32,000 nucleotides of DNA from positions 630,001-662,000 of the forward strand of contig NZ_CP010048.1 in NCBI RefSeq assembly GCF_000973505.1, written 5' to 3'. A program made the position numbers and the translations under genes. Positions 21,304-32,000 of this stretch are shown here, in pieces (the stretch's first letter is position 1; every line of letters begins with the position of its first letter). The notes beneath the pieces were generated by a model that was not told where the DNA came from, did not search any database, and saw only the letters and a list, made by a program, of their open reading frames with translations. Origin of the DNA: Candidatus Saccharimonadota bacterium. GTDB lineage: Bacteria > Pseudomonadota > Gammaproteobacteria > Enterobacterales > Enterobacteriaceae.

Positions 21304-22947
21304 ATGTGCACAACACCACTACATATTCGACGCGCCTTAATTAGTGTTTCTAATAAATTAAATATTTTAGAATTTGCTCACGCACTTGCTCAGAAAAACA
21401 TTCACTTATTAGCTAGCGGAGGAACAGCTGAAACACTCTCATCAGCAGGATTAAAAGTTACAGAAATATCACAATACACTAACTTTCCTGAAATAATGAA
21501 TGGACGAATTAAAACACTACATACTAAAATATACGCTGGAATATTAGCCAGACCCCAAATAGACAATGATATCATGCAAAAATATTCAATAAAACATATT
21601 GACATGGTAATAATAAACTTTTACCCGTTAACTTCAATACCACCTATAAACAAAGACATCAAAAACCATCACAACACAAATTATGATATTACAACAGATA
21701 ACATAGATATTGGAGGACCAAGCATAGTTCGCTCAGCGGCAAAAAATTATAAAAATGTTCTTGTGATCGTTGATATTAAAGATTATACGAAAATTATTGA
21801 TGAACTAAATAATAATAATGGAAAAATTAGCATAAAAACACGACTACAGTTGGCCACTAAAGCATTTCAATACGTTGCTACATACGACACTTTAATCGCT
21901 AATAATTTCAAAAAACAACTTACTAAACATCAAATTCACGATAACAATAAAAAACCAAATATTTATTTTCCTCACTATATAAACTGTATGAATGTGAATT
22001 TTACAAAAAAACAAAATATGCGATACGGTGAAAACCCACATCAAATTGCAGCATTTTATACAGAAACGTACAATACAATGCCAGATTCTATTTCCCAAGC
22101 AGAACAACTGCAAGGAAAAAAACTATCTTACAACAATATTATCGACATAGACACAGCTTGGGAGTGCGTAAAAATGTTTACAGAACCAACATGCGCTATA
22201 ATAAAACATGGAACTCCATGTGGAGTAAGCAGCAGTCACACACTAACCAAATCCTATCAAAAAGCTTATCAAACTGACCCAGATTCCGCCTTTGGAGGCA
22301 TAATTGCATTCAATAAAACATTGGACAAAATAACAGCTCAATCAATTATAGAAAATCAATTCACAGAAGCAATTATTGCTCCATGTATTCATCAAGACGC
22401 CATAAAAACATTAAACAATAAAAAAAACATACGAATCCTTACTTATAAAAAATGGAAACAAAGATCAAAACAACCTGTTCTAGATCTAGACTATAAACGA
22501 ATCACTGGGGGGTTGCTTATACAAAATCGGGATTATGATACTATCAATAAAAAAAATATACAAATAGTTACCATCCACCATCCAAATATGCAAGAAATCA
22601 ATGATGCATTATTTTGCTGGAAAATTGTGCAATTTGTAAAATCTAATGCAATTGTTTACGGAAAAAACAAACAAACTATAGGCATTGGCGCAGGACAAAC
22701 AAGCAGAATTTATGCAGCAAAGATAGCCACCCTAAAAGCAAAAGATGCGGGGTTTGATCTAAAAGACGCCGTTATGGCTTCAGATGCATTTTTCCCTTTT
22801 CCTGACACAATAGAACTCGCAGCCTCAATGGGGATAAAATGTATTATACAACCCGGGGGGGGGATTCAAGATAAAAAAATTATCGCAAGTGCTAATAAAA
22901 ATAATATTTCTATGATTTTCACTAATATAAGACATTTTCGCCATTAA
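21304..22947 (+). CDS. purH: Bifunctional AICAR transformylase / IMP cyclohydrolase
   Basis: RRALISVSNK, GGTAETL, MNGRIKTLHTKIYAGIL, IDIGGPSIVRSAAKN, MRYGENPHQ, LSYNNI, IIKHGTPCG, DPDSAFGGIIAFN, KSNAIVY, GIGAGQTSR, ASDAFFPF and C-terminal RHFRH are collinear with E. coli PurH. Confidence 0.95.
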   Translation: MCTTPLHIRRALISVSNKLNILEFAHALAQKNIHLLASGGTAETLSSAGLKVTEISQYTNFPEIMNGRIKTLHTKIYAGILARPQIDNDIMQKYSIKHIDMVIINFYPLTSIPPINKDIKNHHNTNYDITTDNIDIGGPSIVRSAAKNYKNVLVIVDIKDYTKIIDELNNNNGKISIKTRLQLATKAFQYVATYDTLIANNFKKQLTKHQIHDNNKKPNIYFPHYINCMNVNFTKKQNMRYGENPHQIAAFYTETYNTMPDSISQAEQLQGKKLSYNNIIDIDTAWECVKMFTEPTCAIIKHGTPCGVSSSHTLTKSYQKAYQTDPDSAFGGIIAFNKTLDKITAQSIIENQFTEAIIAPCIHQDAIKTLNNKKNIRILTYKKWKQRSKQPVLDLDYKRITGGLLIQNRDYDTINKKNIQIVTIHHPNMQEINDALFCWKIVQFVKSNAIVYGKNKQTIGIGAGQTSRIYAAKIATLKAKDAGFDLKDAVMASDAFFPFPDTIELAASMGIKCIIQPGGGIQDKKIIASANKNNISMIFTNIRHFRH

Positions 22948-23104
22948 ATATTTTCAAACAATACACAAACTATACACACTTAAAAGTGCGTATAAATCAT
23001 AATTAAAAAATACCAATTCACCGTTTTTAAAATTTTAAACAACAACATATCCCAATGCACATTGTAAACTCATTTGTTTTCAAAAATACCATAAAAAATT
23101 TGAA

Positions 23105-23377
23105 TTACTTAATCGCATTTTTAAAATATTTACCAGAAACAAATCGGGGGATATTCACCGCGGAAATTTTAATTTCTTCACCAGTTTGAGGATTACGACC
23201 AATACATGCATTTCTCCGATTAATTTTAAATGTACCAAAACCAATCAATTGAACTATCTCACCAGATTTAAGAGATTCAATAATCGCTGACAAAGTAGAA
23301 TTAAGTACAATTTTTGCCACTGATTTAGATAAATTTGCTTTATTAGCAATAACATCAATCATTTGAGTTTTATTCAT
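23105..23377 (-). CDS. hupA: DNA-binding protein HU, alpha-like
   Basis: The 90-aa protein [18 protein letters not shown]...[38 protein letters not shown] is very close to E. coli HupA. It also has the same neighbourhood as E. coli hupA (between purHD and rpoC). Confidence 0.9.
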   Translation of the reverse strand: MNKTQMIDVIANKANLSKSVAKIVLNSTLSAIIESLKSGEIVQLIGFGTFKINRRNACIGRNPQTGEEIKISAVNIPRFVSGKYFKNAIK

Positions 23378-23732
23378 ACAATAACCCCTGTTATATACAT
23401 ACTATAAACTATAATATTAACTATATTTTTAACAAAAATAACACCAACTAGATATTTTCAATATTACTGTGATTAAAAAAACACATTTATTCTACTTGCA
23501 ATATATCACACATAATTAATAAAATAAAAATAAACAACATCTATACTACATACTGCAACACGTAAATATTTTACAAATACATCATCTTTAAAAACTATCT
23601 AAATCATTATACTAATAAAAAATAATTAACACTAAAAATAAACATACAAAAATAAAATTAACTTTCAATAAACATACAAAACTATAAATATTGTAAAACA
23701 CATTTTACGAAACAAAAAAAGAAATTTCAAAA

Positions 23733-26700
23733 TTAATTACTTATCCTACGACTGTCATTCAAATCAGCATTTAGTAATTCAGTTAAATTAGCAGAAGCTT
23801 CATCAACAGTTATTTTCGAAGATTCATTCTGAAGATTATCATTACAAAGATTACGACGATATTTTGCACGACCTTGATGATAAGAATAACCTGTCCCAGC
23901 AGGTATTAATCGACCAACGATGACATTCTCCTTTAAACCACGCAAATCATCGCGCTTTCCGGATACAGAAGCTTCCGTTAACACACGAGTGGTTTCTTGA
24001 AACGAAGCAGCAGATATAAACGACTCAGTCGCTAATGAAGCCTTAGTTATCCCTAACAAATTACGCACAAACGTTATTTTCACTTTTCCATCACGACTCA
24101 AACGGCGATTTATCATTTTAATACGAGCATATTCTACTTGTTCACCTTCTAAAAATTCTGAATCACCAGGATCAGTGATCGTAGCCTTACGCAACATTTG
24201 ACGTATAATAACCTCAATATGCTTATCATTAATTTTAACACCTTGCAAACGATAAACATCTTGTACTTCATTAACAATATAATTAGTAACTGCGTGCACT
24301 CCTCGTAAACGCAAAATATCATGAGGCGATTCTGGTCCATCTGAAATAACATCACCACACTCTACATGTTCTCCTTCAAAAACATTAAGTTGACGCCATT
24401 TTGGAATCATTTCTTCATATGTATCAATAGTACTATTAATATCTTCTTCTAATGATGAAATAATTAAACGATGCTTACCTTTTGTTTCCTTTCCAAAAGA
24501 TACGATACCACTAATTTCTGCTAAAATGGCCGGTTCCTTAGGACGACGAGCTTCAAAAAGATCGGCAACACGTGGCAAACCACCAGTAATATCTCTAGTC
24601 CCAATACTTTCGTGAGGAACTCGTGCTAAAATATCTCCAGCAGTAACTTTAACCCCATCTAACAACTGTACAATAGCCCTACCAGGTAAAAAATACTGAG
24701 CAGGAATATCAGTTCCAGGAACTAAAATATCATCACCTTGCTCATCAACTATTTTCAAAGCAGGACGTAAATCTTTACCACTACCACCGCTTATTTTTTC
24801 AGATGCATCTAAAATCACCATAGAAGATAAACCAGTTAATTCATCCGTTTGACGCATAATAGTCTGACCAACAATCATATCCAAAAAACGAACAAAACCA
24901 GTAACCTCCGTAATAATTGGCATAGTATGAGGATCCCAATACACTACTATCTCACCACTAATAATTTTCTCACCATCACCTTTTTCCATAATTGCACCAT
25001 ATGGTACTTTATAACTTTCTTTAGTTTTAAAAAATTCATCAACCACTTTAAATTCTGTATTACGAGAGACAATTACTAACTTACCATTATCATTAACAAT
25101 AAACTTAACATTGCTTAAACGAATCCTACCAGAATGTTTTACTTGAATACTTGATTCTGTAGCTAATCGAAATGCTGCCCCACCGATATGAAAAGTCCGC
25201 ATTGTCAATTGCGTGCCAGGTTCTCCAATTGATTGAGCGGCTATAACACCAATAGCTTCTCCTCTATTGACAAGCTGTCCACGAGCCAAATCACGGCCAT
25301 AACAATATGCACATACCCCAAAATCAGTGTCACATGTAACAACAGAACGCACTTTCACAAAATCTACTGCATGTTCCTCTAAAAGGTCACATAATTGCTC
25401 ATTCAGTAAAGTGTTACGTTTAATTAAAATATCTTGTGAAGTTTTAAAATTATATGCAGTCAAAACATCCTCTGCTGTCACACGACCCAACACTCGTTCA
25501 CGTAAAGTCTCTTGTACATCTCCTCCTTCAATAACTGAACTCATTACAATACCAGATGAAGTACCACAATCATCTTCAGTAACCACTAAATCCTGTGCAA
25601 CATCAACTAAACGCCTAGTTAAATATCCAGAGTTAGCAGTTTTTAAAGCAGTATCAGCTAATCCTTTTCGAGCGCCATGAGTAGAAATAAAATATTGAAG
25701 AACATTTAAACCCTCACGAAAATTAGCAGTAATCGGGGTCTCAATAATTGAACCATCTGGCTTGGCCATTAAACCTCGCATACCAGCCAACTGACGAATT
25801 TGTGCCGCCGAACCTCTTGCTCCTGAATCTGCCATCATAAAAATATTATTAAATGATACTTGAGTCACCTCTTGACCGTATCTATCAGTAACATATTCAA
25901 TTGACAAATTATCCATCATAGCTTTAGCTACTCGCTCGTTCGCAGTAGCCCAAATATCAATAACTTTATTATAACGCTCTCCTAAAGTAACTAAACCAGA
26001 CTGAAATTGATCCTGAATTTCAGCCACTTCAGATTCTGCTGCATTTATAATATCAACTTTCTTATCAGGAATAACCATATCATCAATACCAACAGACACT
26101 CCAGAACGTGCAGCATAAGCAAAACCAATATACATAATTTGATCAGCAAACAAAACTGTCGCTTGCAATCCTAATACACGATAACAGGTGTTTAACATTT
26201 TAGATATCGATTTCTTACCTAATACTTTATTTATTAAAGAAAACTGTAATCCTTTAGGTACAATCATCCAAAAAATTGCACGACCAATAGTCGTGTCGAC
26301 AATCTTCGTATTAGGTAATAACTCACCATTATCACCAATAATATACTCAGTAATACGAACTTTCACTCGCGCATGTAATGATGCTATTCCTAAACAATAT
26401 ACTTTCTCTGCTTCTTGCGGACTACTTAATATCATATTCTCACCAGAAACATTTATACGATCACGAGTCATATAATATAAACCTAATACAACATCTTGAG
26501 ATGGAACAATAATTGGTTCACCATTAGCTGGCGATAAAATATTATTAGTAGACATCATTAACGAACGAGCCTCTAATTGAGCCTCAGATGTTAGTGGAAC
26601 ATGTACTGCCATTTGATCACCATCAAAATCAGCATTGTATGCTGCGCATACTAAAGGATGTAATTGAATAGCTTTACCTTCAATTAATATTGGTTCAAAC

Positions 26701-28010
26701 GCCTGAATACCCAATCTATGTAAAGTCGGCGCACGATTTAACATTACAGGATGCTGATGAATTACTTCATCTAAAATATCCCATACTATTGATTCTTCAC
26801 GTTCTACCATTTTTTTAGCAGATTTGATTGTTGTTGCAAATCCATTTGACTCTAATTTACCATAAATAAACGGCTTAAATAATTCAAGTGCCATTTTTTT
26901 TGGCAATCCACATTGATGTAAACGTAAATATGGACCAACAGTAATTACCGAACGACCAGAATAATCAACACGTTTACCCAACAAATTTTGACGAAATCGA
27001 CCTTGCTTACCCTTAATCATATCGGCTAATGATTTTAACGGACGCTTATTTGAACCAAGAATAGCACGACCCCGACGACCATTATCTAACAATGCATCAA
27101 CTGATTCTTGAAGCATACGTTTTTCATTTCTAACGATAATATCAGGAGCAGTTAAATCCAATAACCGCTTCAATCTGTTATTACGATTAATAACACGACG
27201 ATACAAATCATTTAAATCAGAAGTAGCAAATCGACCACCATCTAAAGGCACCAAAGGACGCAAATCAGGAGGAAGTACTGGAAGAACATTTAAAATCATC
27301 CATTCAGGTTTATTTTCTGACTGCATAAAAGATTCAATCAGTTTTATCCGTTTTGTCAATTTTTTTCGTTTAGTATCAGAATGAGCATCTTCTAATTCAT
27401 CACGTAATTCCCGACATGTAGTCTCTAAATTCATGCTTTTTAACAAATCCTGAATCGCTTCAGCACCCATTTTTGCTTCAAATTCATCACCAAACTCTTC
27501 TAACGCATCAAGATATTGTTCTTCAGTCAGAATTTGACAACGTTCGAGATGAGTCATTCCACTTTCAACAACTACATATGATTCAAAATATAATACACGT
27601 TCTATATCACGAAGCGGCATGTCTAACAATAAACCAATACGAGAAGGCAAAGATTTTAAAAACCAAATATGAGCTGTCGGAGAAGCTAATTCAATATGAC
27701 CCATACGATCACGACGAACTTTTGTTTGAGTGACTTCAACCCCGCATTTTTCACACACCACACCTCTATGTTTAAGACGTTTATATTTTCCACATAAACA
27801 CTCATAATCCTTGATTGGACCAAAAATTCTCGCACAAAACAAACCATCACGTTCTGGTTTAAAAGTACGATAATTAATTGTTTCTGGCTTTTTCACTTCA
27901 CCAAATGACCAAGAACGAATTACATCTGGAGAAGCTAAAGAAATTTTAATCGCATCAAATTCTTCTGTACTAACCCGCTGAGACTGTACAAAATTCAACA
28001 AATCTTTCAC
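23733..28010 (-). CDS. rpoC: DNA-directed RNA polymerase subunit beta'
   Basis: 1425 aa. The N-terminus MKDLLNFV...[50 protein letters not shown] is near-identical to E. coli RpoC, and the catalytic [12 protein letters not shown] is present. Confidence 0.98.
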   Translation of the reverse strand: MKDLLNFVQSQRVSTEEFDAIKISLASPDVIRSWSFGEVKKPETINYRTFKPERDGLFCARIFGPIKDYECLCGKYKRLKHRGVVCEKCGVEVTQTKVRRDRMGHIELASPTAHIWFLKSLPSRIGLLLDMPLRDIERVLYFESYVVVESGMTHLERCQILTEEQYLDALEEFGDEFEAKMGAEAIQDLLKSMNLETTCRELRDELEDAHSDTKRKKLTKRIKLIESFMQSENKPEWMILNVLPVLPPDLRPLVPLDGGRFATSDLNDLYRRVINRNNRLKRLLDLTAPDIIVRNEKRMLQESVDALLDNGRRGRAILGSNKRPLKSLADMIKGKQGRFRQNLLGKRVDYSGRSVITVGPYLRLHQCGLPKKMALELFKPFIYGKLESNGFATTIKSAKKMVEREESIVWDILDEVIHQHPVMLNRAPTLHRLGIQAFEPILIEGKAIQLHPLVCAAYNADFDGDQMAVHVPLTSEAQLEARSLMMSTNNILSPANGEPIIVPSQDVVLGLYYMTRDRINVSGENMILSSPQEAEKVYCLGIASLHARVKVRITEYIIGDNGELLPNTKIVDTTIGRAIFWMIVPKGLQFSLINKVLGKKSISKMLNTCYRVLGLQATVLFADQIMYIGFAYAARSGVSVGIDDMVIPDKKVDIINAAESEVAEIQDQFQSGLVTLGERYNKVIDIWATANERVAKAMMDNLSIEYVTDRYGQEVTQVSFNNIFMMADSGARGSAAQIRQLAGMRGLMAKPDGSIIETPITANFREGLNVLQYFISTHGARKGLADTALKTANSGYLTRRLVDVAQDLVVTEDDCGTSSGIVMSSVIEGGDVQETLRERVLGRVTAEDVLTAYNFKTSQDILIKRNTLLNEQLCDLLEEHAVDFVKVRSVVTCDTDFGVCAYCYGRDLARGQLVNRGEAIGVIAAQSIGEPGTQLTMRTFHIGGAAFRLATESSIQVKHSGRIRLSNVKFIVNDNGKLVIVSRNTEFKVVDEFFKTKESYKVPYGAIMEKGDGEKIISGEIVVYWDPHTMPIITEVTGFVRFLDMIVGQTIMRQTDELTGLSSMVILDASEKISGGSGKDLRPALKIVDEQGDDILVPGTDIPAQYFLPGRAIVQLLDGVKVTAGDILARVPHESIGTRDITGGLPRVADLFEARRPKEPAILAEISGIVSFGKETKGKHRLIISSLEEDINSTIDTYEEMIPKWRQLNVFEGEHVECGDVISDGPESPHDILRLRGVHAVTNYIVNEVQDVYRLQGVKINDKHIEVIIRQMLRKATITDPGDSEFLEGEQVEYARIKMINRRLSRDGKVKITFVRNLLGITKASLATESFISAASFQETTRVLTEASVSGKRDDLRGLKENVIVGRLIPAGTGYSYHQGRAKYRRNLCNDNLQNESSKITVDEASANLTELLNADLNDSRRISN

Positions 28011-28135
28011 TCACAAACCCCCATTATCATAAAAAACCATCTCATAATTATGACAATTATCTAAATACTATCACAATTCTCAAACAATAACATAGACACA
28101 TCATATAAAACATTTTACAATAAAAAATTATTTTC

Positions 28136-31100
28136 TTATTCTTCTAACTCAATATTAATACCTAATGAGCGAATCTCTTTCAATAATACATTAAAAGACT
28201 CAGGCATACCTGGCTGCATCGAATGATGACCATCAATTATATTTTTGTACATTTTTGTTCGACCACTAACATCATCTGATTTAACAGTAAGCATCTCTTG
28301 TAAAGTATATGATGCACCATAGGCTTCCAATGCCCACACCTCCATCTCTCCAAAACGCTGTCCACCAAATTGAGCTTTACCTCCTAAAGGTTGCTGAGTA
28401 ACTAAACTATAAGAACCGGTAGAACGAGCATGCATCTTGTCATCAACCAAATGATTTAATTTCAACATGTACATATAACCTACAGTGACTTTTTGTTCAA
28501 ACTTCTCTCCAGTACAACCATCAAATAAAGTAATTTGACCAGATAATGGCAAATCAGCCAATTCCAATATTGATTTGATTTCTTGCTCTGTTGTTCCATC
28601 AAACACAGGCGTAGCTATTGGTAATCCCTGTTTTAAGTTTTTAGCTAACAGTAATACTTCCTGATCAGAAAAAGTACTAATATCCACATTTTGACGTACA
28701 TTATCACCTAAATTATATGCTCTCTGAATAAAACTTCGTAACTTACTTACTTCCATATGCTGTTTTAAAATAGAATTTATCTTATTACCTATGCCTTTAG
28801 CTGCAAGACCAAGATGGGTCTCCAAAATTTGACCAATATTCATACGAGATGGAACGCCAAGAGGATTTAAAACAATATCCACGGGAATACCATTTTCATC
28901 ATAAGGCATATCCTCAATTGGATTGATTTTAGAAATAACACCTTTATTACCATGCCTTCCAGCCATTTTGTCCCCTGGTTGTATTTGTCGTTTTACTGCC
29001 AAATACACTTTAACAATTTTTAATATCCCAGGCGATAAATCATCTCCTTGTGTAATTTTTCTATGCTTACCTTCTAATTTTCTTTTAAATGTACTTTGTA
29101 AATCAGCATATTGTTTAAACAATTGAGACAGCTCATGTTGTCTATCTTTATCCAATAAACAAATATTTAACCACTCACGCCGATCCATATTACACAATAG
29201 ATTAATCTCTATTCCAGAATCAACTAATACAGTATAAATACGATCAAATAATGCTGCCTCAAAAATATAAAGCTCCTCACTCAAATCTTTTTTTATTTGC
29301 TGTAAATGCATCGCTTCAATTTCTAACGTACGCTTATCTTTTACAACACCATCTCTAGTAAATATCTGTACATCAATCACCGTTCCTGATACTCCATTTG
29401 GGACACGCAATGAAGAATCTTTTACGTCAGAAGCTTTTTCTCCAAAAATAGCACGTAATAACTTTTCTTCTGGAGTTAATTGTGTTTCACCCTTTGGAGT
29501 CACTTTACCTACAAGGATATCACCACCAATAACCTCAGCTCCAATATAAACTACACCAGATTCATCAAGTTTTGATAATGCTGCCTCTCCAACATTAGGA
29601 ATATCGGCAGTAATTTCCTCAGCTCCTAATTTGGTATCACGAGATATACAAGATAATTCTTGAATATGTATACTAGTAAAACGATCTTCACGTACAACAC
29701 ATTCCGAAACCAGCATGGAATCCTCAAAATTATAACCGTTCCACGGCATAAAAGCGATTCGCATATTCTGTCCTAATGCTAATTCACCTAAATCAGTTGC
29801 TGAACTATCTGCTAAAACATCCCCACGTTCTACTATTTCATTAAGAACAACACAGGGCCTTTGGTTAATACATGTATTTTGATTAGACCGAACATATTTC
29901 GCAAGATTATAAATATCAATACCAGCTTCACCAGGACACATTTCATGAACATGCACATTAACAATAATACGAGATGCATCCACATATCGAACAACACCCC
30001 CCCGTTTAGCAACAACAGTGACCCCTGAATCGACTGCTACAGCACGTTCCATCCCAGTCCCCACCAAGGGCTTTTCATTACGCAAAACAGGAACAGCCTG
30101 ACGTTGCATATTTGCCCCCATAAGAGCCCTGTTGGCATCATCATGCTCAAGAAACGGAATAAGTGAAGCCGCAACAGAAACAATTTGCTGCGCTGATACA
30201 TCCATATAATCAATTCGATCACAATGAAACAAACTTGATTCTCCTTTATAACGACAAATCACCAAATCATCAACAAACCTCCCAGATTGGTCAAGATTAG
30301 TATTTGCTTGAGCAATAACAAAATCCCCCTCTTCTATGGCCGATAAATAATGAATTTCATCAGTAACTATAGCATTTTTAACTCGACTATACGGAGTTTC
30401 TAAAAATCCATATTCATTCGCGCGAGCATACACAGATAAAGAATTAATTAAACCAATATTCGGTCCTTCCGGAGTTTCAATAGGACACACCCTCCCATAA
30501 TGAGTTGGATGTACATCACGCACTTCGAAACCAGCTCGTTCTCTAGTTAAACCACCCGGCCCCAATGCAGAAATACGACGCTTGTGAGTAATTTCTGATA
30601 ATGGATTATTCTGATCCATAAATTGAGATAACTGACTCGACCCAAAAAATTCTTTTATTGCAGCAGAAATCGGCTTAGCATTAATCATATCTTGAGGCAT
30701 CAAATTATCTAAATCCCCTAATGATAAACGCTCCCTAACTGCACGTTCAACACGTACCAATCCAATACGAAATTGATTTTCTACCATTTCCCCTACAGAA
30801 CGAACACGACGATTTCCTAAATGATCAATATCATCAATCTCACCTTTACCATTTCTTATATCAATGAGTTTTTTTATAACATCAATAATATCTGACGCAC
30901 TCAAAACACCAGAACCTGCGATGCTGGACCGCTGTAACGAACGATTAAATTTCATTCTACCTACCGATGAAAGATCATAACGCTCTTCTACAAAAAATAA
31001 ATTTTCAAACAATTGTTCAGCAGCCTCACGCGTAGGAGGTTCTCCAGGTCTCATTACACGATAAATTTCTACTAACGCACTTAATCTATCATTCGTGGGA

Positions 31101-32000
31101 TCAATACGTAATGTCTTAGAAATATAATCTCCATAATCTAAATCATTAGTAAATAGCGTTTCTATACAATTATAACCTGCTTGAACTAATACATTTAATA
31201 CATCTAACGTCACCACCGTATTCGCAGGAACAAGAACCTCTCCAGTACATGGATCAACATAATCTCTTATAACAATTTTGTTAACTATATAATCATTAGG
31301 AACTATAATTTTTCTAACAGAATCCGTATTTAATGCACGAATATGACGAGCAGTAATCCGTCTACCTTTTTCAACATAAAGCACACCATTTGACCGAATA
31401 TCAAATAAAGCAGTTTCACCCCGTAATCGTTCAGGTATTAAATTCATCATTAACACTCCTTTATGAATTTCATACACCACTTTGCTAAAAAATATATCTA
31501 AAATTTGAGCACTACTATAATTCAAAGCATGCAAAACTACAGTCGCAGGTAATTTTCTTCTTCTATCTATACGAATAAATAAACTATCTTTAAGATCAAA
31601 CTCAAAATCTAACCAAGATCCACGATATGGTATAATACGTGCACTATACAACACTTTACCTGATGAATGCGTTTTACCCTTATCGCTATCAAAAAAAACA
31701 CCAGGACTTCTGTGTAATTGCGATACTATTACACGTTCAGTGCCATTAATAATAAAAGTAGCATTATCAGTCATTAATGGTATTTCACCCATATAAACTT
31801 CTTGATCTTTAATACTTTTCACATCACAAAAACCTTCACGCTCATAAATAACTAAACGTAATTTTACACGCAAAGGAGCAGAAAAAGTCATTCCTCGAAT
31901 TTGGCATTCTTTAACATCAAATATAGGCTCCCCTAAACGATAACCGATATACTGTAATTCAGAATGAACATTGTAACTACGTATTGGAAAAACAGAACGA
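28136..32000 (-). CDS. rpoB: DNA-directed RNA polymerase subunit beta; N-terminal codons (roughly 55, by comparison with the 1342-aa E. coli RpoB) lie beyond the window end
   Basis: It is collinear with E. coli RpoB to the C-terminal [10 protein letters not shown], and the Rif cluster [35 protein letters not shown] is intact. The frame stays open past the track's ATG at 31891 (…[28 protein letters not shown]) to base 32000. Confidence 0.97.
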   Translation of the reverse strand, partial: RSVFPIRSYNVHSELQYIGYRLGEPIFDVKECQIRGMTFSAPLRVKLRLVIYEREGFCDVKSIKDQEVYMGEIPLMTDNATFIINGTERVIVSQLHRSPGVFFDSDKGKTHSSGKVLYSARIIPYRGSWLDFEFDLKDSLFIRIDRRRKLPATVVLHALNYSSAQILDIFFSKVVYEIHKGVLMMNLIPERLRGETALFDIRSNGVLYVEKGRRITARHIRALNTDSVRKIIVPNDYIVNKIVIRDYVDPCTGEVLVPANTVVTLDVLNVLVQAGYNCIETLFTNDLDYGDYISKTLRIDPTNDRLSALVEIYRVMRPGEPPTREAAEQLFENLFFVEERYDLSSVGRMKFNRSLQRSSIAGSGVLSASDIIDVIKKLIDIRNGKGEIDDIDHLGNRRVRSVGEMVENQFRIGLVRVERAVRERLSLGDLDNLMPQDMINAKPISAAIKEFFGSSQLSQFMDQNNPLSEITHKRRISALGPGGLTRERAGFEVRDVHPTHYGRVCPIETPEGPNIGLINSLSVYARANEYGFLETPYSRVKNAIVTDEIHYLSAIEEGDFVIAQANTNLDQSGRFVDDLVICRYKGESSLFHCDRIDYMDVSAQQIVSVAASLIPFLEHDDANRALMGANMQRQAVPVLRNEKPLVGTGMERAVAVDSGVTVVAKRGGVVRYVDASRIIVNVHVHEMCPGEAGIDIYNLAKYVRSNQNTCINQRPCVVLNEIVERGDVLADSSATDLGELALGQNMRIAFMPWNGYNFEDSMLVSECVVREDRFTSIHIQELSCISRDTKLGAEEITADIPNVGEAALSKLDESGVVYIGAEVIGGDILVGKVTPKGETQLTPEEKLLRAIFGEKASDVKDSSLRVPNGVSGTVIDVQIFTRDGVVKDKRTLEIEAMHLQQIKKDLSEELYIFEAALFDRIYTVLVDSGIEINLLCNMDRREWLNICLLDKDRQHELSQLFKQYADLQSTFKRKLEGKHRKITQGDDLSPGILKIVKVYLAVKRQIQPGDKMAGRHGNKGVISKINPIEDMPYDENGIPVDIVLNPLGVPSRMNIGQILETHLGLAAKGIGNKINSILKQHMEVSKLRSFIQRAYNLGDNVRQNVDISTFSDQEVLLLAKNLKQGLPIATPVFDGTTEQEIKSILELADLPLSGQITLFDGCTGEKFEQKVTVGYMYMLKLNHLVDDKMHARSTGSYSLVTQQPLGGKAQFGGQRFGEMEVWALEAYGASYTLQEMLTVKSDDVSGRTKMYKNIIDGHHSMQPGMPESFNVLLKEIRSLGINIELEE

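Noticed and set aside
23638-23681. The 14-mer ataaacatacaaaa is repeated 30 bp apart downstream of rpoC.
   Set aside because: It is a low-complexity A-rich sequence with no flanking similarity or dyad symmetry, so it is most likely chance or minor slippage.
23693-23708. A small hairpin gtaaaa-caca-ttttac about 25 nt after the rpoC stop, considered as an intrinsic terminator.
   Set aside because: The stem is only 6 bp, nearly all A-U, and has no proper downstream U-tract on the transcript. It is too weak to call.

Overview
This window looks like core chromosome from a very AT-rich, reduced gammaproteobacterial (Enterobacterales) genome. The style is that of an obligate insect endosymbiont, possibly Blochmannia-like, but I cannot verify the organism without a search.

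Gene order and orientation follow my memory of three E. coli K-12 neighbourhoods, collapsed by deletions:
- Block 1: suhB, glyA, tadA, acpS, pdxJ, rnc, lepB, lepA, ung, grpE, bamE, ratA, smpB, ssrA.
- Block 2: an EmrE-like SMR pump, speG and pssA, converging on a single 16S / tRNA-Glu / 23S operon on the minus strand. This operon has no 5S gene.
- Block 3: purH (divergent from 16S), hupA, rpoC and most of rpoB.

The plus strand is A- and C-rich and G-poor throughout, so it behaves as the lagging strand. rRNA, rpoBC and lepA lie on the minus (leading) strand, and there is no skew switch in the window.

I found no CRISPR array, transposase, integrase, prophage, toxin or defence module, and no unexplained multi-gene cassette. 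I cannot support a claim of a new multi-gene system here.

The points most worth a second look are signs of reductive evolution:
- SuhB has nearly all catalytic metal ligands substituted, yet the rest of the protein is conserved.
- A well-preserved rrn control region remains: promoter, two boxA elements and RNase III stems.
- The rrn operon has lost its 5S gene, and its flanks resemble two different E. coli rrn loci.
- A possible nadK relic sits in the grpE-bamE spacer.
- era and recO are missing from the rnc-pdxJ operon.
- The grpE promoter reads better as sigma70 than sigma32.
- There are rRNA and tmRNA expansion segments and long homopolymers inside coding regions.

All homology statements rest on recalled reference sequences and need real alignments.
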